Assembly: GCA_963760795.1 (NCBI GenBank)
Contig: CAVXEP010000002.1
Location: forward strand, 32,001 to 96,000
Source of the DNA: an uncultured delta proteobacterium
Lineage (GTDB): Bacteria > Desulfobacterota > Binatia > UBA9968
Direction of reading: 5' to 3'
DNA length: 64,000 nt
Both the position numbers and the translations under genes were made by a program. Below the pieces are notes generated by a model. It saw nothing but the letters and a program-made list of their open reading frames with translations, had not been told where the DNA came from and made no database searches. Shown piece by piece: positions 8,664-19,367 of the stretch. Each line of letters begins with the position of its first letter. Position 1 is the stretch's first letter.

Positions 8664-10733
8664 ATGTCCAAGTACCGAGTTACCGTCGACACCGGCGGCA
8701 CCTTTTCCGACTTTGTTTTCTTCAACGAAGACAGCGGCGAGATCGCCATCACCAAAGTTCCGTCGACGCCAAAAGAACCGTTTCAAGCGGTGTTGAACGG
8801 CGTCAAAGAACTGATCGACCAGGGCGTGGCCGCCGGCGATATTTCATTCTTCTGCCATGGCACCACCGTCGGCACCAATGCGCTGCTCGAAGAAAAAGGC
8901 GCCAAGACCGGCTTGATGGTCACCCAGGGCTTTCGCGGCATCTACGAAGTCATGGAGCAGACCCGCGGCTACGGCCCGGCGACTTACGATCTGTTCTTCG
9001 AGAAGCCGCGCTTGCTCGCCCCGCCCTATTTGACCGAAGAGATTCCCGAGCGCGTCGATTTCAAAGGCAACGTGCTCAAAGCGATCGACGTCGAAGCGTC
9101 GCGCGCAGCGATCCGCCGGCTCAAGAAAAAAGGCGTGCAGTCGGTGGCGGTGTGCTGTTTGTTTTCGTTTTTGAATCCCGATCATGAGCTCAAGATCAAA
9201 GAGCTGTTCGCCCAAGAATTTCCCGAAGCGCGGCTATCGCTGTCCTATGAAGTCCTGCCGCAGATTCGCGAGTTCTACCGCTTGAGCACGACGGTGATCA
9301 ACGGCTACATCCAGCCGGTCATGGCGAGCTACTTGGGCCACCTGGAAAACCGCATGCGCGAGATGGGCGTGACCACGCCCAAGCTTTACATCATGCAATC
9401 CAACGGCGGTGTTTCGACCTTCAAAGGCTCGGCGGAAAAGCCGGTGGCGACGGTGCTTTCCGGCCCCGCCGGCGGCGTCATCGCGTCCATGGGTACTTGC
9501 GAGCGGGTCGGCATCGACAACATCATCACCTTCGACATGGGCGGCACCAGCTGCGATGTCGCGCTGATCCACGAAGGCAATCCGGTGATCACCACGCAAG
9601 GTAAAATTAACCTGCGCCCCATCGCCCTGCCGATGCTCGACATCCACACAGTCAGCGCCGGCGGCGGCACCATCGCGCGCATCGACGCGGTGGGCGGCTT
9701 GCAAGTGGGGCCCGACAGCGCCGGCGCCGATCCCGGACCGGTGTGCTACGACCGCGGCGGCGAAAACATCACCGTCACCGATGCCAATATGGTCTGCGGC
9801 GTCCTCGATCCCGATCATTTCCTCGGCGGCCGCATGAAGCTCGACAAGGAGAAGGCGCAGCGCGTCCTGGAGGAAAAGTTAGCCAAGCCGTTGAAGCTCG
9901 ATCTCCTCGAAGCCGCCGACGGCGTCTTGAAAATCATCGACGCCAAGATGGAAGAAGCGATCAAAGCGGTGTCATCGGCGCGCGGCTACGACATCCGCGA
10001 CTTCACCCTGGTCGCCTTCGGCGGCGGCGGACCGATGCACGCCGGTCGCATGGCGCTGGATTTGGGCATTCCATCGGTGCTCGTGCCGCTCACCCCGGGC
10101 GTCCATTCGGCTCTGGGCTTGCTGATGTCAGACGTCAAACATGACTATGTGCGCTCCAAACTGGTGGGCCTGGAAGATTTAGATCTCACCGAGATCAACC
10201 ATATGTTTCATCAGCTGATCGAGCGCGCTAAAGCCGATCTCATGAGCGAAGGCTTCATCGACGAAGAGATCAAGATCGAGCCCTATCTCGATCTGCGCTA
10301 CGCCGGCCAGGGCTACGAGCTCACCGTTCCCTCGCCGATGCCGCCATACACCCAGCATGATCTGACCGTCATGCGCGGCCGTTTCGACACCATGCACGAG
10401 CAGAACTCCGGCCATAAAGCCGAGAGTGAACCGGTGGAGCTGGTGAGCTTGCGCTTGATCTCCCTCGGCTTGGTGCCACAGGCCAAACTGTCGCCCGGCA
10501 AAGTCACGGGACGAAAAGTTGCAGCAGCGAAACTCGGCGAACGCAAAGTTTACTTCGGCAAAGAGCATGGTGTGCACACCACCCAGGTGTACAATCGCGA
10601 CCTGTTCGAGCCCGGCCACCAAATCACCGGGCCAGCCATCGTCGAGCAATTGGACACCACGACGGTAATTCAACCTGAACAAGAAGCCGTCGTGGACGAG
10701 TATCGGAATATCATCATCCGTGAAAAGAAATGA
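8664..10733 (+). CDS. Hydantoinase/oxoprolinase A subunit (ATP-binding)
   Basis: VDTGGTFSD, HGTTVGTN, SGPAGG, DMGGTSCD, GPDSAGADPGP motifs. Confidence 0.92.
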   Translation: MSKYRVTVDTGGTFSDFVFFNEDSGEIAITKVPSTPKEPFQAVLNGVKELIDQGVAAGDISFFCHGTTVGTNALLEEKGAKTGLMVTQGFRGIYEVMEQTRGYGPATYDLFFEKPRLLAPPYLTEEIPERVDFKGNVLKAIDVEASRAAIRRLKKKGVQSVAVCCLFSFLNPDHELKIKELFAQEFPEARLSLSYEVLPQIREFYRLSTTVINGYIQPVMASYLGHLENRMREMGVTTPKLYIMQSNGGVSTFKGSAEKPVATVLSGPAGGVIASMGTCERVGIDNIITFDMGGTSCDVALIHEGNPVITTQGKINLRPIALPMLDIHTVSAGGGTIARIDAVGGLQVGPDSAGADPGPVCYDRGGENITVTDANMVCGVLDPDHFLGGRMKLDKEKAQRVLEEKLAKPLKLDLLEAADGVLKIIDAKMEEAIKAVSSARGYDIRDFTLVAFGGGGPMHAGRMALDLGIPSVLVPLTPGVHSALGLLMSDVKHDYVRSKLVGLEDLDLTEINHMFHQLIERAKADLMSEGFIDEEIKIEPYLDLRYAGQGYELTVPSPMPPYTQHDLTVMRGRFDTMHEQNSGHKAESEPVELVSLRLISLGLVPQAKLSPGKVTGRKVAAAKLGERKVYFGKEHGVHTTQVYNRDLFEPGHQITGPAIVEQLDTTTVIQPEQEAVVDEYRNIIIREKK

Positions 10734-10740
10734 CTTTCTT

Positions 10741-10830
10741 AACGACTGGAACCTTTGGAACGATTGGAACCGCTGGAACTGTCAGACAGAAGGTTTCCAT
10801 AGGTTCCAAGTGTTCCAGACGCTCCAATCG
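10741..10830. repeat. Family A palindromic repeat (TGGAAC x4 / TTCCA-like x4)
   Basis: Left arm ctggaacctttggaacgattggaaccgctggaac; right arm gtttccataggttccaagtgttccagacgctccaatcg. Confidence 0.8.
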
Positions 10831-10844
10831 GAGAACGAGGTAGC

Positions 10845-12582
10845 ATGTCAGCTGTAGATCCGGTAACCCTGCAAGTCATCCAAGCGCGTCTCGCCGGCAT
10901 CGTCCAGGAGATGCAAAACTCGCTATTTCGCACCGGCTACTCGACGATCATTCGCGAGTCCCAAGACGCCAGCTGCGCGCTGCTCAATCGCCAGGGCGAA
11001 GTGGTCGCTCAACATGTCGTCCTGCCGCTCCACATGGGCGCCTTTCCGGCCTGCGCCGCGGGGATTTTAAAAAATTATACGCCCGACGAAGTGCACGAAG
11101 GCGACGCCTTCATCACCAACCATCCCTATCTCGGCGGCAGTCCCCATGCTCCCGACATGGCGGTGTTGTCACCGATATTTTTTCACGGCGAGTGGGTCGG
11201 CTTCGCGGCCAATCTGGCGCACAAGAGCGACATCGGCGGCCCGGTGCCGGGCAGTTGCTGGAGCCAGGCGCGGGAGATTTACCAGGAAGGGTTGCATGTC
11301 CCGCCGATCAAGTTCGTGCATAAATTGCAGATCAGCAAGGACATCGAAGCCATGCTCGGCGCCAATAGCCGCACGCCGGAATTAGTCATCGGCGACCTGC
11401 GCGGCCAGGTCGGCGCGGCGCGCTTGGGCGAACGGCGCTTTCAAGAATTGATGGAGCGCTACGGCAAGGAGACGATTTTACAATCCTTCGAAGAACTTTT
11501 TGCCTTGACCGAAGCTAAGGTCCGCGCCGAGATCGCCTCCTGGCCCGATGGCGAGGGCACAGGCGAGCGCTTCGTCGACAGCGACGGCATCGAACTCGAC
11601 AAACCGGTGCGCTTGCATGTGCGCATGGAGAAGAAAGGCGACCGGCTGCTGTTCGATTTCACCGGCTAGCGCCGATCAGACCAAGGGGCCGGCGAATATC
11701 CGCCCGACCATCGTGCGCGCCGCCTGCGCCTATCTGCTCACCTGTCTGGTCGATCCAGCACTGGCGATCAACTACGGTTTAGCCCGTTGCATCGAAATCA
11801 AAGTGCGCGACGGCAGCGTGGTCAATCCAATTTTCCCGGCGCCGGTGAATACCTACAATCCCACCGTCCACGCCCTGGTCGAATCGCTCCTCGAAGCGTC
11901 GAGCCAGATTACGCCGCATAAAAAAGTCGGCGACGGCTGCAGCAGCCGCTCGATCATCATCGGCGGCCGCAGCAACAAGACCGGCAAGGGTTATGTGCAA
12001 TACGAAATCTTCGGCGGCGGCTCCGGCGGCCGCAGCGGCAAGGACGGCGTCTCCGGCACCAACGTCAATCAATCGAACGCGAAAATCGCGCCGATTGAAA
12101 TCATCGAGTCGGAATTCGCCACCCGTGTGAAACGCTTCGAGCTCATCGCCGACTCCGGCGGCCCCGGCAAGTTCCGCGGCGGTTTGGGCTTTGTCCGCGA
12201 GTATGAAGTGCTCGACAACGACGCGCGCTTTTCCCTGCGTTCGACTAAACACGATATCGCGCCCAAGGGCATCGACGGCGGCGCCGACGGCAAGACCGGC
12301 CACTGCGTTTTGAATCCCGGCCAGCCAGGCGAACGCGTGATCCCGTCGCGCTTCTCCGACCATGTGCTCCACCCCGGCGAGGTTTTTTGCCTCGACACCC
12401 CCGGTGGCGGCGGCTTAGGTAATCCCCTCGAACGCGACCCCGAGCGCGTCTTGAACGACGTGCGCAACGGCTACGTGACGCAGAAAAGAGCGCGGGAAAT
12501 TTATCGCGTCGCCATCGACAGTGCCGACAGCGATTTCATCGTCAACCAAGCCGCGACAGCGCAATTGCGCGCGCAAAACTGA
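10845..12582 (+). CDS. Hydantoinase B/oxoprolinase subunit, copy 1 (frameshift near 11666)
   Basis: IIRESQDAS, HAPD, HKSDIGG, EIYQEG, DSGGPGKFRGG, TPGGGG; colinear with the adjacent intact paralog. Confidence 0.88.
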
Positions 12583-12655
12583 AATCGAAGATGGAGGATC
12601 GAGGATAGATGATAGCATTTCGCGATCCTCTATCATCCATCATCTATCCTCGATT
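12583..12655. repeat. 7-bp-period palindromic repeat (family E)
   Basis: atcgaagatggaggatcgaggatagatgatag ... cgatcctctatcatccatcatctatcctcgat. Confidence 0.75.
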
Positions 12656-12686
12656 CCATGAGTGACGCCGTAAAGCTTCGCATCCT

Positions 12687-14423
12687 ATGACCGTCGATCC
12701 CATCACCCTGCAAGTCATCCAAGCGCGCCTGGCCGGCATCGTCCAGGAGATGCAGAATGGACTGTTCCGCACCGGCTACTCGACGATCATCCGGGAATCC
12801 CAGGACGCCAGCTGCGCGGTGTTGAACACCCGCGGCGAGGTGATCGCCCAGCATGTCGTCTTGCCGCTCCACATGGGCGCCTTTCCCGCCTGTGCTTCGG
12901 CAATCCTGAAAACATTCTCCACCGACGACATTCACGACGGCGACGCCTTCATCACCAACCATCCCTACTTGGGCGGCAGCCCCCACGCTCCCGACATGGG
13001 CGTGTTCACGCCGATCTATTTTCGCGGCGAATGGGTCGGCTTCGCCGCCAACATGGCGCACAAGAGCGATATCGGCGGCACCGTACCCGGCAGCGGCAGC
13101 GGCACGGCGCGGGAGATTTACCAGGAAGGGTTGCACCTGCCGCCGGTAAAGTTCATGGCGCGGCTTCAGCCGGTCAAGGAGATCGACGCCGTGATCGCGG
13201 CCAACAGCCGCACACCGGCGCTGGTGTTGGGCGACCTGCGCGGCCAGGTGGGCGCGGCGCGATTGGGCGAGCGGCGCGTCAGCGAACTCATGGAGAGGTA
13301 CGGCAAAGCGATCATTTTGGAATCCACCGAGCTGCTTTCCGCCCACACGGAGAACCGCGTGCGCCGGGCCATCGCCGCGTGGCCGGACGGCGAATCCGCG
13401 GGCGAAAGCTTCGTCGATCACGACGGCATAGATCTGACTAAACCGATTCGCATCCATGTCAAAGTAAAAAAGACCGGCGATCGGCTGCACTTCGACTTCA
13501 GCGAATCGAGCGATCAGACTCAAGGGCCGGCAAACATCCGCCCGCCGCTGGTGCGCGCCGCCTGCGCCTATTGTCTGGTCGCCCTGGTTGACCGCTTCCT
13601 GCCGATCAATCATGGACTAGCCCGCTGCGTCGACGCGACCTTTCGCGAAGGCAGCGTCGTCGATCCGCGCTTTCCCGCCGCAGTGAATACCTACATGCCG
13701 ACGGCGCTCAGCGCCACCGAAGCGATCCTGCGCGCACTGGCGTACTTCGTCCCCGACAAACGCATCGCCGGCGGCTCCGGCAGCGCGGCGCTGGTCTTGG
13801 GCGGTCGCGACGCGCGCAGCCAGCGCGCCTACGTTCACTATGAGATTTTCAGCGGCGGCACCGGCGCCCGCGCCGGCAAGGACGGCGTATCGGCGACGGC
13901 GTTTCACCTGAGCAACTGTAAGACCGCGCCCATCGAAATCATCGAGTCCGAGTTCCCCACGCGAGTCGAGCGCTTCGAGATGCTCGCCGACTCCGGCGGC
14001 GCCGGCGAATGGCGCGGCGGCTTGGGCTTTGTCCGCGAGTATCGAATACTCGCCGACGAAGTTCGCTTCTCCATGCGCACCGACAAGCATGCCGTCGAGC
14101 CCTTCGGCAGTTCCGCCGGCCTACCCGGCGGCAAAGGCGCCTGCCGGATCAATCCAGAGACAAAAGATGTTAAGTCTCTGCCTTCCCGTTTCGGCGATCA
14201 CCGCCTCGGCCGCAATGAGATCATCCGCGTCGAACGGCCCGGCGGCGGCGGCCTGGGAAATCCGCTCGAACGCCCCGTCGAAAAAGTCCTCGAAGACCTG
14301 CGCCAGGGCTATGTCTCAGTTGCCCGCGCCCGCTCCGACTACGGCGTCGCCGCCCAGATCGTCGATGGCGAGCCCAGTCTCCACGAGGGAGAAACTACGC
14401 GTTTACGAGGAAAATTTGGTTAA
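12687..14423 (+). CDS. Hydantoinase B/oxoprolinase subunit, copy 2
   Basis: Same motifs as copy 1; intact 578 aa. Confidence 0.92.
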   Translation: MTVDPITLQVIQARLAGIVQEMQNGLFRTGYSTIIRESQDASCAVLNTRGEVIAQHVVLPLHMGAFPACASAILKTFSTDDIHDGDAFITNHPYLGGSPHAPDMGVFTPIYFRGEWVGFAANMAHKSDIGGTVPGSGSGTAREIYQEGLHLPPVKFMARLQPVKEIDAVIAANSRTPALVLGDLRGQVGAARLGERRVSELMERYGKAIILESTELLSAHTENRVRRAIAAWPDGESAGESFVDHDGIDLTKPIRIHVKVKKTGDRLHFDFSESSDQTQGPANIRPPLVRAACAYCLVALVDRFLPINHGLARCVDATFREGSVVDPRFPAAVNTYMPTALSATEAILRALAYFVPDKRIAGGSGSAALVLGGRDARSQRAYVHYEIFSGGTGARAGKDGVSATAFHLSNCKTAPIEIIESEFPTRVERFEMLADSGGAGEWRGGLGFVREYRILADEVRFSMRTDKHAVEPFGSSAGLPGGKGACRINPETKDVKSLPSRFGDHRLGRNEIIRVERPGGGGLGNPLERPVEKVLEDLRQGYVSVARARSDYGVAAQIVDGEPSLHEGETTRLRGKFG

Positions 14424-14494
14424 TTTGGTAGCAAAGACCCAGTGCCTCTGCTATATCTTAACGAAATAATTTATTTCCTGAAGGAGGAAAACAT

Positions 14495-14782
14495 ATGGCA
14501 GCAGCGAAAAAGAAAGTAGCGAAGAAGAAAAGAAAACCTAACGCGGCGTTCATGAAACCGGTTCAGCCGGACGTCAAACTCGCACTGGTCGTCGGCAGCA
14601 AACCGATCCCACGCACCGAGGTGACCAAGAAGCTGTGGCAGTACATCAAGAAGAACGGCCTGCAGGATAAAAAGAAACGCACCAACATCAACGCCGACGA
14701 CGCGTTGAAGGACGTGTTCGGCGGCAAGAAAACCGTCACCATGTTCGAGATGACCAAACTGGTCAGCAAACACGTCAAGTAA
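14495..14782 (+). CDS. SWIB/MDM2 domain protein with Lys-rich N-terminus
   Basis: PRTEVTKKLWQYIKKNGLQD...INADDAL...MFEMTKLVSKH; RBS aaggagg. Confidence 0.9.
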   Translation: MAAAKKKVAKKKRKPNAAFMKPVQPDVKLALVVGSKPIPRTEVTKKLWQYIKKNGLQDKKKRTNINADDALKDVFGGKKTVTMFEMTKLVSKHVK

Positions 14783-14802
14783 CTTTACTTACCGAATAAT
14801 GC

Positions 14803-14849
14803 CAAGGGCCGAGAACATCGCCGAGCCGGTGTCCTTGGCCTTTGTGTTT
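14803..14849 (+). terminator. Probable intrinsic terminator
   Basis: aagggccgagaacatcg / cggtgtccttggccttt stem followed by T-rich gtgttt. Confidence 0.55.
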
Positions 14850-14983
14850 GCATCTCACGTTTGCCCGTTCACGCTATAGTTACGCGGCATCGAATGCCAG
14901 CGCATCGCGGCGGGTCCTATCTCGTATCCGGTTTTCTTGCGCACCGAATCACCTCCGCCAGGTCCCACGGATATCCCGGAGAT

Positions 14984-16013
14984 TTAGTTTTCCATAAGCG
15001 GCTTCAGCCGTTGAATGATATCGGCGGACGGCACGCCGGCTTCCTTGATGAGCGCTTCGAGCTCCTCGCCGGTCAACGGCGCAGCGTCGAGACCTTTTTT
15101 CTTCGCCTCGGCGATCAGTTCTGGATCGTTCATCATCTTGTTGAAGCCATCGCGCAAAAGTTTCAAACGATCGTTCGGCATGCCCGGCGGGCCGAAAAAC
15201 GGCCGGCCCATCTCATCGGGGATCAGCAGTATCTTCGCCAAGCGGCGGTAAATCTCGTTGGTCTTATGCTTGTCCATCAACTCCCACAAGGTCGGCACGC
15301 TCGCCATGCGCGGATCGCGCTTGGCTCCGCCCTGCACCAGCACACGGGCGAATCCGGTCTTCGACCAGGTGCGCAACGGCTCGCTGCCGAAGTACGCCTG
15401 CACCGTGCCGCTAAAGCAGTGCACCTCGCCCTTCTCGATGGCCAGATTGACATCGGCTGCTCCAGGATAACCCGGCACGATCATCAGCTTGAGCCCGAAA
15501 GTATCCTGCAACAAACGCGGGAAATAATACGCCGCGCTGCCGATCCCGGTCGACCCGCACCGCGGCGTTTCCGCCACCGTGCGCATGTCTTCCAAAGTTT
15601 TGATTCCCAAATCGGCGCGCATGTAGAAAATCCGATCGGTCTTCTCCGGCGAGCCGATAAAACTAAACTTGAACCAGTCGTACTGCACTTCCTTCTTCCC
15701 GGTCACCTGCTCGATATACATCGCCGGGCTCGACCACACCGAGCGTCAACCCATCCGGCTTGGCCACGCCATAAATGTAATTCGCCGCCACCATCGACCC
15801 GCCGCCGGTCATGTTCTGCACGACAAACGTCGGATTTCCCGGCACGAAGCGGCCGAGATGGCTAGCGATCACCCGCGCCCACACATCGAACGCACCGCCG
15901 GCGGCAAAGCCGACGCGGATCTGCACGGTTTTGCCCTGGTAGAATGGCGTCTGGGCGGACAATGTTGACACGGTAATGAAACTAATAAACAAAGCTGTGA
16001 AAACTTTCATCAT
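14984..16013 (-). CDS. TctC/Bug-family substrate-binding protein (frameshift near 15732)
   Basis: Signal peptide, GFAAGGAFD and NMTGGG; the next frame has GYPGAADV and GRPFFGPPG. Confidence 0.85.
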
Positions 16014-16255
16014 TCAACTTCTCCCTGGTCTATTCGTATGCAGATATGGCTAAGATCAATCAAACACCATGGACGTGCAGCTGAAAATTCCGAATGGATG
16101 CGTTCAAAATCTCGATAATGAAATGATAGGTGTACACCGCCGCGCCGATTTCCGTAGTGACAAGAGACGATTTTTCAGATCGGTCTATTAATGCGGGAGA
16201 GACCAAAATTGAATTGAATTCGCCATCGAATGAATCCTTCGCTCGGCAAATCAAC

Positions 16256-18148
16256 TTAATCCAGCTGCGCCCACTCGCTGAACTCTTCCAGCCCCAATAA
16301 TTTTAATGTGTCCATGTACGGCCGGCCGGTTTTTTCGTGGCGGCCTGAGAGTTGGTAATATTCGCGGACCATTTCGGGGAGCCACTTGGCGATGGTGAAG
16401 CCTTGGTATTTGCCGTCGGGCACGGGGTCGAGGAAACGTTGGCCCACTTGCTGCCAGTCGTGATCGGCGATCCAGCCGCGCTGGGTGCCAAAAATGCTTT
16501 GCAAGATCGCGCTGCGGTGGCCGGCCAACATCGCCTCGTCGAGATCGAAATTCCATCCCGTCGTCGCGTTGAATGAATCGACGATACTCTTCAGGCCGTC
16601 CGGCTTGCCATGCATCTGGGCGAACCAGCAGCCGCCCATGATGCCGACGAACTGGCGATACTGCTCGGCGTTGACGTTGGACTGCGGCCAGCCGGTGGGA
16701 TCGTCGCGGTCGAGCGGTCCCCACTTCTCGCGATACTTCAGATCCGGCGGCGGATTGGCTTGGCCGCCGCCCTGCGGCTTCATGCCGCCGCTGGCGACGA
16801 TCTCGCGCAGCATGTTGGCGAAATGCGGCCGCCAATCGTGCATCGCCGGCACGCCGCGCTTGGTATGCACCACCCAATTGACCGCGTCGCCGCCGATCGC
16901 TTCGGCGACTTCGAGGGGACCGTCGGCGATCAAGTTGCCCCACTTGCCCTGGCGCCGCGCGGTCATCTCTAATAATTTATCGATCGCTTCGACGTTGCCC
17001 CACTCGAGACGCAGGCCGTCGCAATCCTTCTCGGTGACCAATCCTTTTTGATAAGCTTCGAACAATACGCCGGCGCCGAAAGAGAAGTGGCCGCACTCGA
17101 TGCCGAGATCGTTGATGCGCTCGGCCAAATAAAGCGTCGCGTTGCCTTTGACGCCGAGATTCCAGAAAGTATCGAGCCACTCGGCGCCGGCGTTGAAGTG
17201 GCCGACCTTGCCTTTGAACTCGCCTTCGCCGATTTCCACGTCCCACGGACAGAGCCGCGCGCATTGAAAGCAGGGGCGCTGGACGACACGATTCTGTTCG
17301 AAGCCGCGGTTGTGATCGCCGATCAGCGTGCTCTGCATGTTGTTGTTGGGCAGCGCTTCGAGATGGCGCGCATGGCCGGTACTGTAACGATCTTTGAGCG
17401 CGTACTGCTGCAGCGTCTTGCGCCAGCGCAGACCGGCTTCGACCAGGGCCGCTTTATCGCGCAGCGGCGGTCGCTTGGTGCCGTGGACGACGATGGCCTT
17501 CAACATCTTCGAACCGAAGATCGCGCCGCCGCTGTGCGACGCCGAATGATTGAAATCGTTGCACAGCATCGCCGCGTTGACTCGATGCTCGCCGGCGGGA
17601 CCGATGCCCATGACCCTGGCGTCTTTGATGCCGACCGCGGCGCGCAGCGATTCTTCGGTATCCCGCGATCCCTTGCCCCAAAATTTGCTCGCATCGCGCA
17701 GCTCAGGCTTACCGTCGTTGATGAACAGATATTGCGGCGACTTCGCCGCCCCTTGAAGAATGATGCCGTCGTATCCCGACTGTTTGAGATAAGCGGCCCA
17801 GTAACCGCTCGCCGCGCCGCGTCCGAGAGTATTGTTGGTCATTGGACTTAAGAACACCGCGCAAACTTTGGTACCGCCGGGCGTCAAGCCCGTGCCGGTC
17901 AGCGGTCCGGTCATCATCACCATCTTCGCTGCCGGGTCGTAAGGCTTCACGTCCAGCGATTGTTCACGCATGAGAATATACAGCGCCAACGCTTGGCCGC
18001 CGATGAACCGGCGCAGATCCGGCTCTTCGGGTAAATTCTCGTCGGTCAGCGCGCCGGTGGTCATATCGACGCGCAGAATCTTGCCCATGTAGCCGCCGGG
18101 AAGCGGGGTCACACGCCGCTGCGGAAAAAGATCGCTGGTGCTTGGCAT
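16256..18148 (-). CDS. Aldehyde:ferredoxin oxidoreductase family (W/Mo-pterin)
   Basis: GYMGKILRVDMT, GIGPAGE, GSKMLKAI, CFQCARLC Fe-S motif. Confidence 0.9.
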   Translation of the reverse strand: MPSTSDLFPQRRVTPLPGGYMGKILRVDMTTGALTDENLPEEPDLRRFIGGQALALYILMREQSLDVKPYDPAAKMVMMTGPLTGTGLTPGGTKVCAVFLSPMTNNTLGRGAASGYWAAYLKQSGYDGIILQGAAKSPQYLFINDGKPELRDASKFWGKGSRDTEESLRAAVGIKDARVMGIGPAGEHRVNAAMLCNDFNHSASHSGGAIFGSKMLKAIVVHGTKRPPLRDKAALVEAGLRWRKTLQQYALKDRYSTGHARHLEALPNNNMQSTLIGDHNRGFEQNRVVQRPCFQCARLCPWDVEIGEGEFKGKVGHFNAGAEWLDTFWNLGVKGNATLYLAERINDLGIECGHFSFGAGVLFEAYQKGLVTEKDCDGLRLEWGNVEAIDKLLEMTARRQGKWGNLIADGPLEVAEAIGGDAVNWVVHTKRGVPAMHDWRPHFANMLREIVASGGMKPQGGGQANPPPDLKYREKWGPLDRDDPTGWPQSNVNAEQYRQFVGIMGGCWFAQMHGKPDGLKSIVDSFNATTGWNFDLDEAMLAGHRSAILQSIFGTQRGWIADHDWQQVGQRFLDPVPDGKYQGFTIAKWLPEMVREYYQLSGRHEKTGRPYMDTLKLLGLEEFSEWAQLD

Positions 18149-18171
18149 ATTATTTCTCGTCAAATGCGCAG

Positions 18172-18262
18172 GGAGTGTTGGAGTACTGGGTATTCTCCGA
18201 ACCCACCACTCCATTACTCCATCACTCCAATCTTTCGCGGCTCCATCACTCCAGCGCTCCAT
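18172..18262. repeat. 8-bp-period palindromic repeat (family D, ACTCCATC)
   Basis: ggagtgttggagtactgg..tccgaac..actccattactccatcactcca..ctccatcactccagcgctcca. Confidence 0.75.
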
Positions 18263-18270
18263 TCATCTCA

Positions 18271-19261
18271 TCACATCCTGAACGCTTCCTTGACGAACAA
18301 ACTCTCCAGCGGCAGCTCTTTTTTCACCAACCCCTGCTCGATCTGGTAGCGGTTGAGCGCCTGGAGCGATTTCTTATCCGCCTCGGTCAACACGCCGGCG
18401 TAGGGATCGTAACCCAACAGATCGCGCTCCTTGGCGTAGCCTTCGGCCTCTCCCGGTTTGAAATATTTCACCGCTTGGCGATTGGCTTCGCGAAACGCTT
18501 CGATCGACTTTCGCCGGCAAATCGGGATATTTTTCCGCGGTCTCCTCGCGGATCGCCATGATATGGATGATCGGATAGATCTGTGTCCGTTTAACATAAC
18601 GGATGATTTCTTCGGTGTCGTCGAATAACGGTTTGACGCCGGGGAACTGCCCCATCACACCGGGCAGCGACCCGCCGCCGAACAAACCCGTGTAACCCGA
18701 GTCGCCGGCAACCAACGCCGCGCCGAGCTTGCCCTCGCTCAACAACCGCGACAAATGCGACTTCTCCTGGCCGAAAGGCGGCGGCGGGTCGAGGCGCTCG
18801 ACTTTTACCGGCAGCTCGTTGGCGATGTAAACTTCTTGGCCCGACACGAACCAGTCGACATCCGTGGTCTTGATGTCATGCTCGTCGAGCAAGTAGCCGC
18901 GCGCCCACGACACCGCCGTGGCGCCGTAGCGAAACGCGCCAACCTGCTTGCCTTTAAGTTCGCTCGGATGATTCACTTTGCCGGCGCAGTGAAAAATATT
19001 TCGCTGCCGCGGCCCGCGCTGGAAAAACACCGGCAACGCCAAGAAACGCTTGCCCTTTTCTTTGGCGCGCATCAATGTCGCAGTCGACATTTCGGCAAGA
19101 TCGAATTCGCCCTGGACGAATCGATAATGCATCTCCCCCGGCGTGTATTTGTCGCCGACGTATTCGAAATCATAACCGTCCAGCGGAATCAGTCCGTCGA
19201 TGAGCGCGCGATTGCGCGGATTCGGATTAGTCGCGAAAGTGATTTTTGGTTTGTTCGCCAT
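18271..19261 (-). CDS. 4,5-dihydroxyphthalate decarboxylase-like (OphC-like) protein (frameshift near 18505)
   Basis: EFDLAEMS, ALPVFFQR, IYPIIH; the next frame ends DPYAGV...ALNRYQIEQGL...LESLF. Confidence 0.78.
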
Positions 19262-19297
19262 GTTCGTTATCCTTCTGAATTGCGACATATTTCTGTT

Positions 19298-19361
19298 CAC
19301 CACGAAGGCACGAAGGAAAGACGTCGTTTCCGAACTTCGTGTCCTTCGTGCCTTCGTGGTG
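19298..19361. repeat. Family B palindromic repeat
   Basis: caccacgaaggcacgaagg...tccgaacttcgtgtccttcgtgccttcgtggtg. Confidence 0.85.
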
Positions 19362-19367
19362 CGATAT

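Noticed and set aside
11655-11675. Programmed frameshift or TAG read-through (pyrrolysine) in hydantoinase B1
   Set aside because: The continuation is in another frame, there is no slippery sequence, and it matches the other indels.
18149-18262. N-terminal extension MERWSDG..WSDGVMEWW of AOR (similar extensions at 19262-19510, 32424-32519, 53532-53741)
   Set aside because: These are translations of intergenic repeats; downstream starts fit the protein families better.
3217-19261. Complete phthalate degradation pathway
   Set aside because: The oxygenase-like and OphC-like genes are about 14 kb apart, no reductase or dihydrodiol dehydrogenase is identifiable, and the similarity is only at family level.
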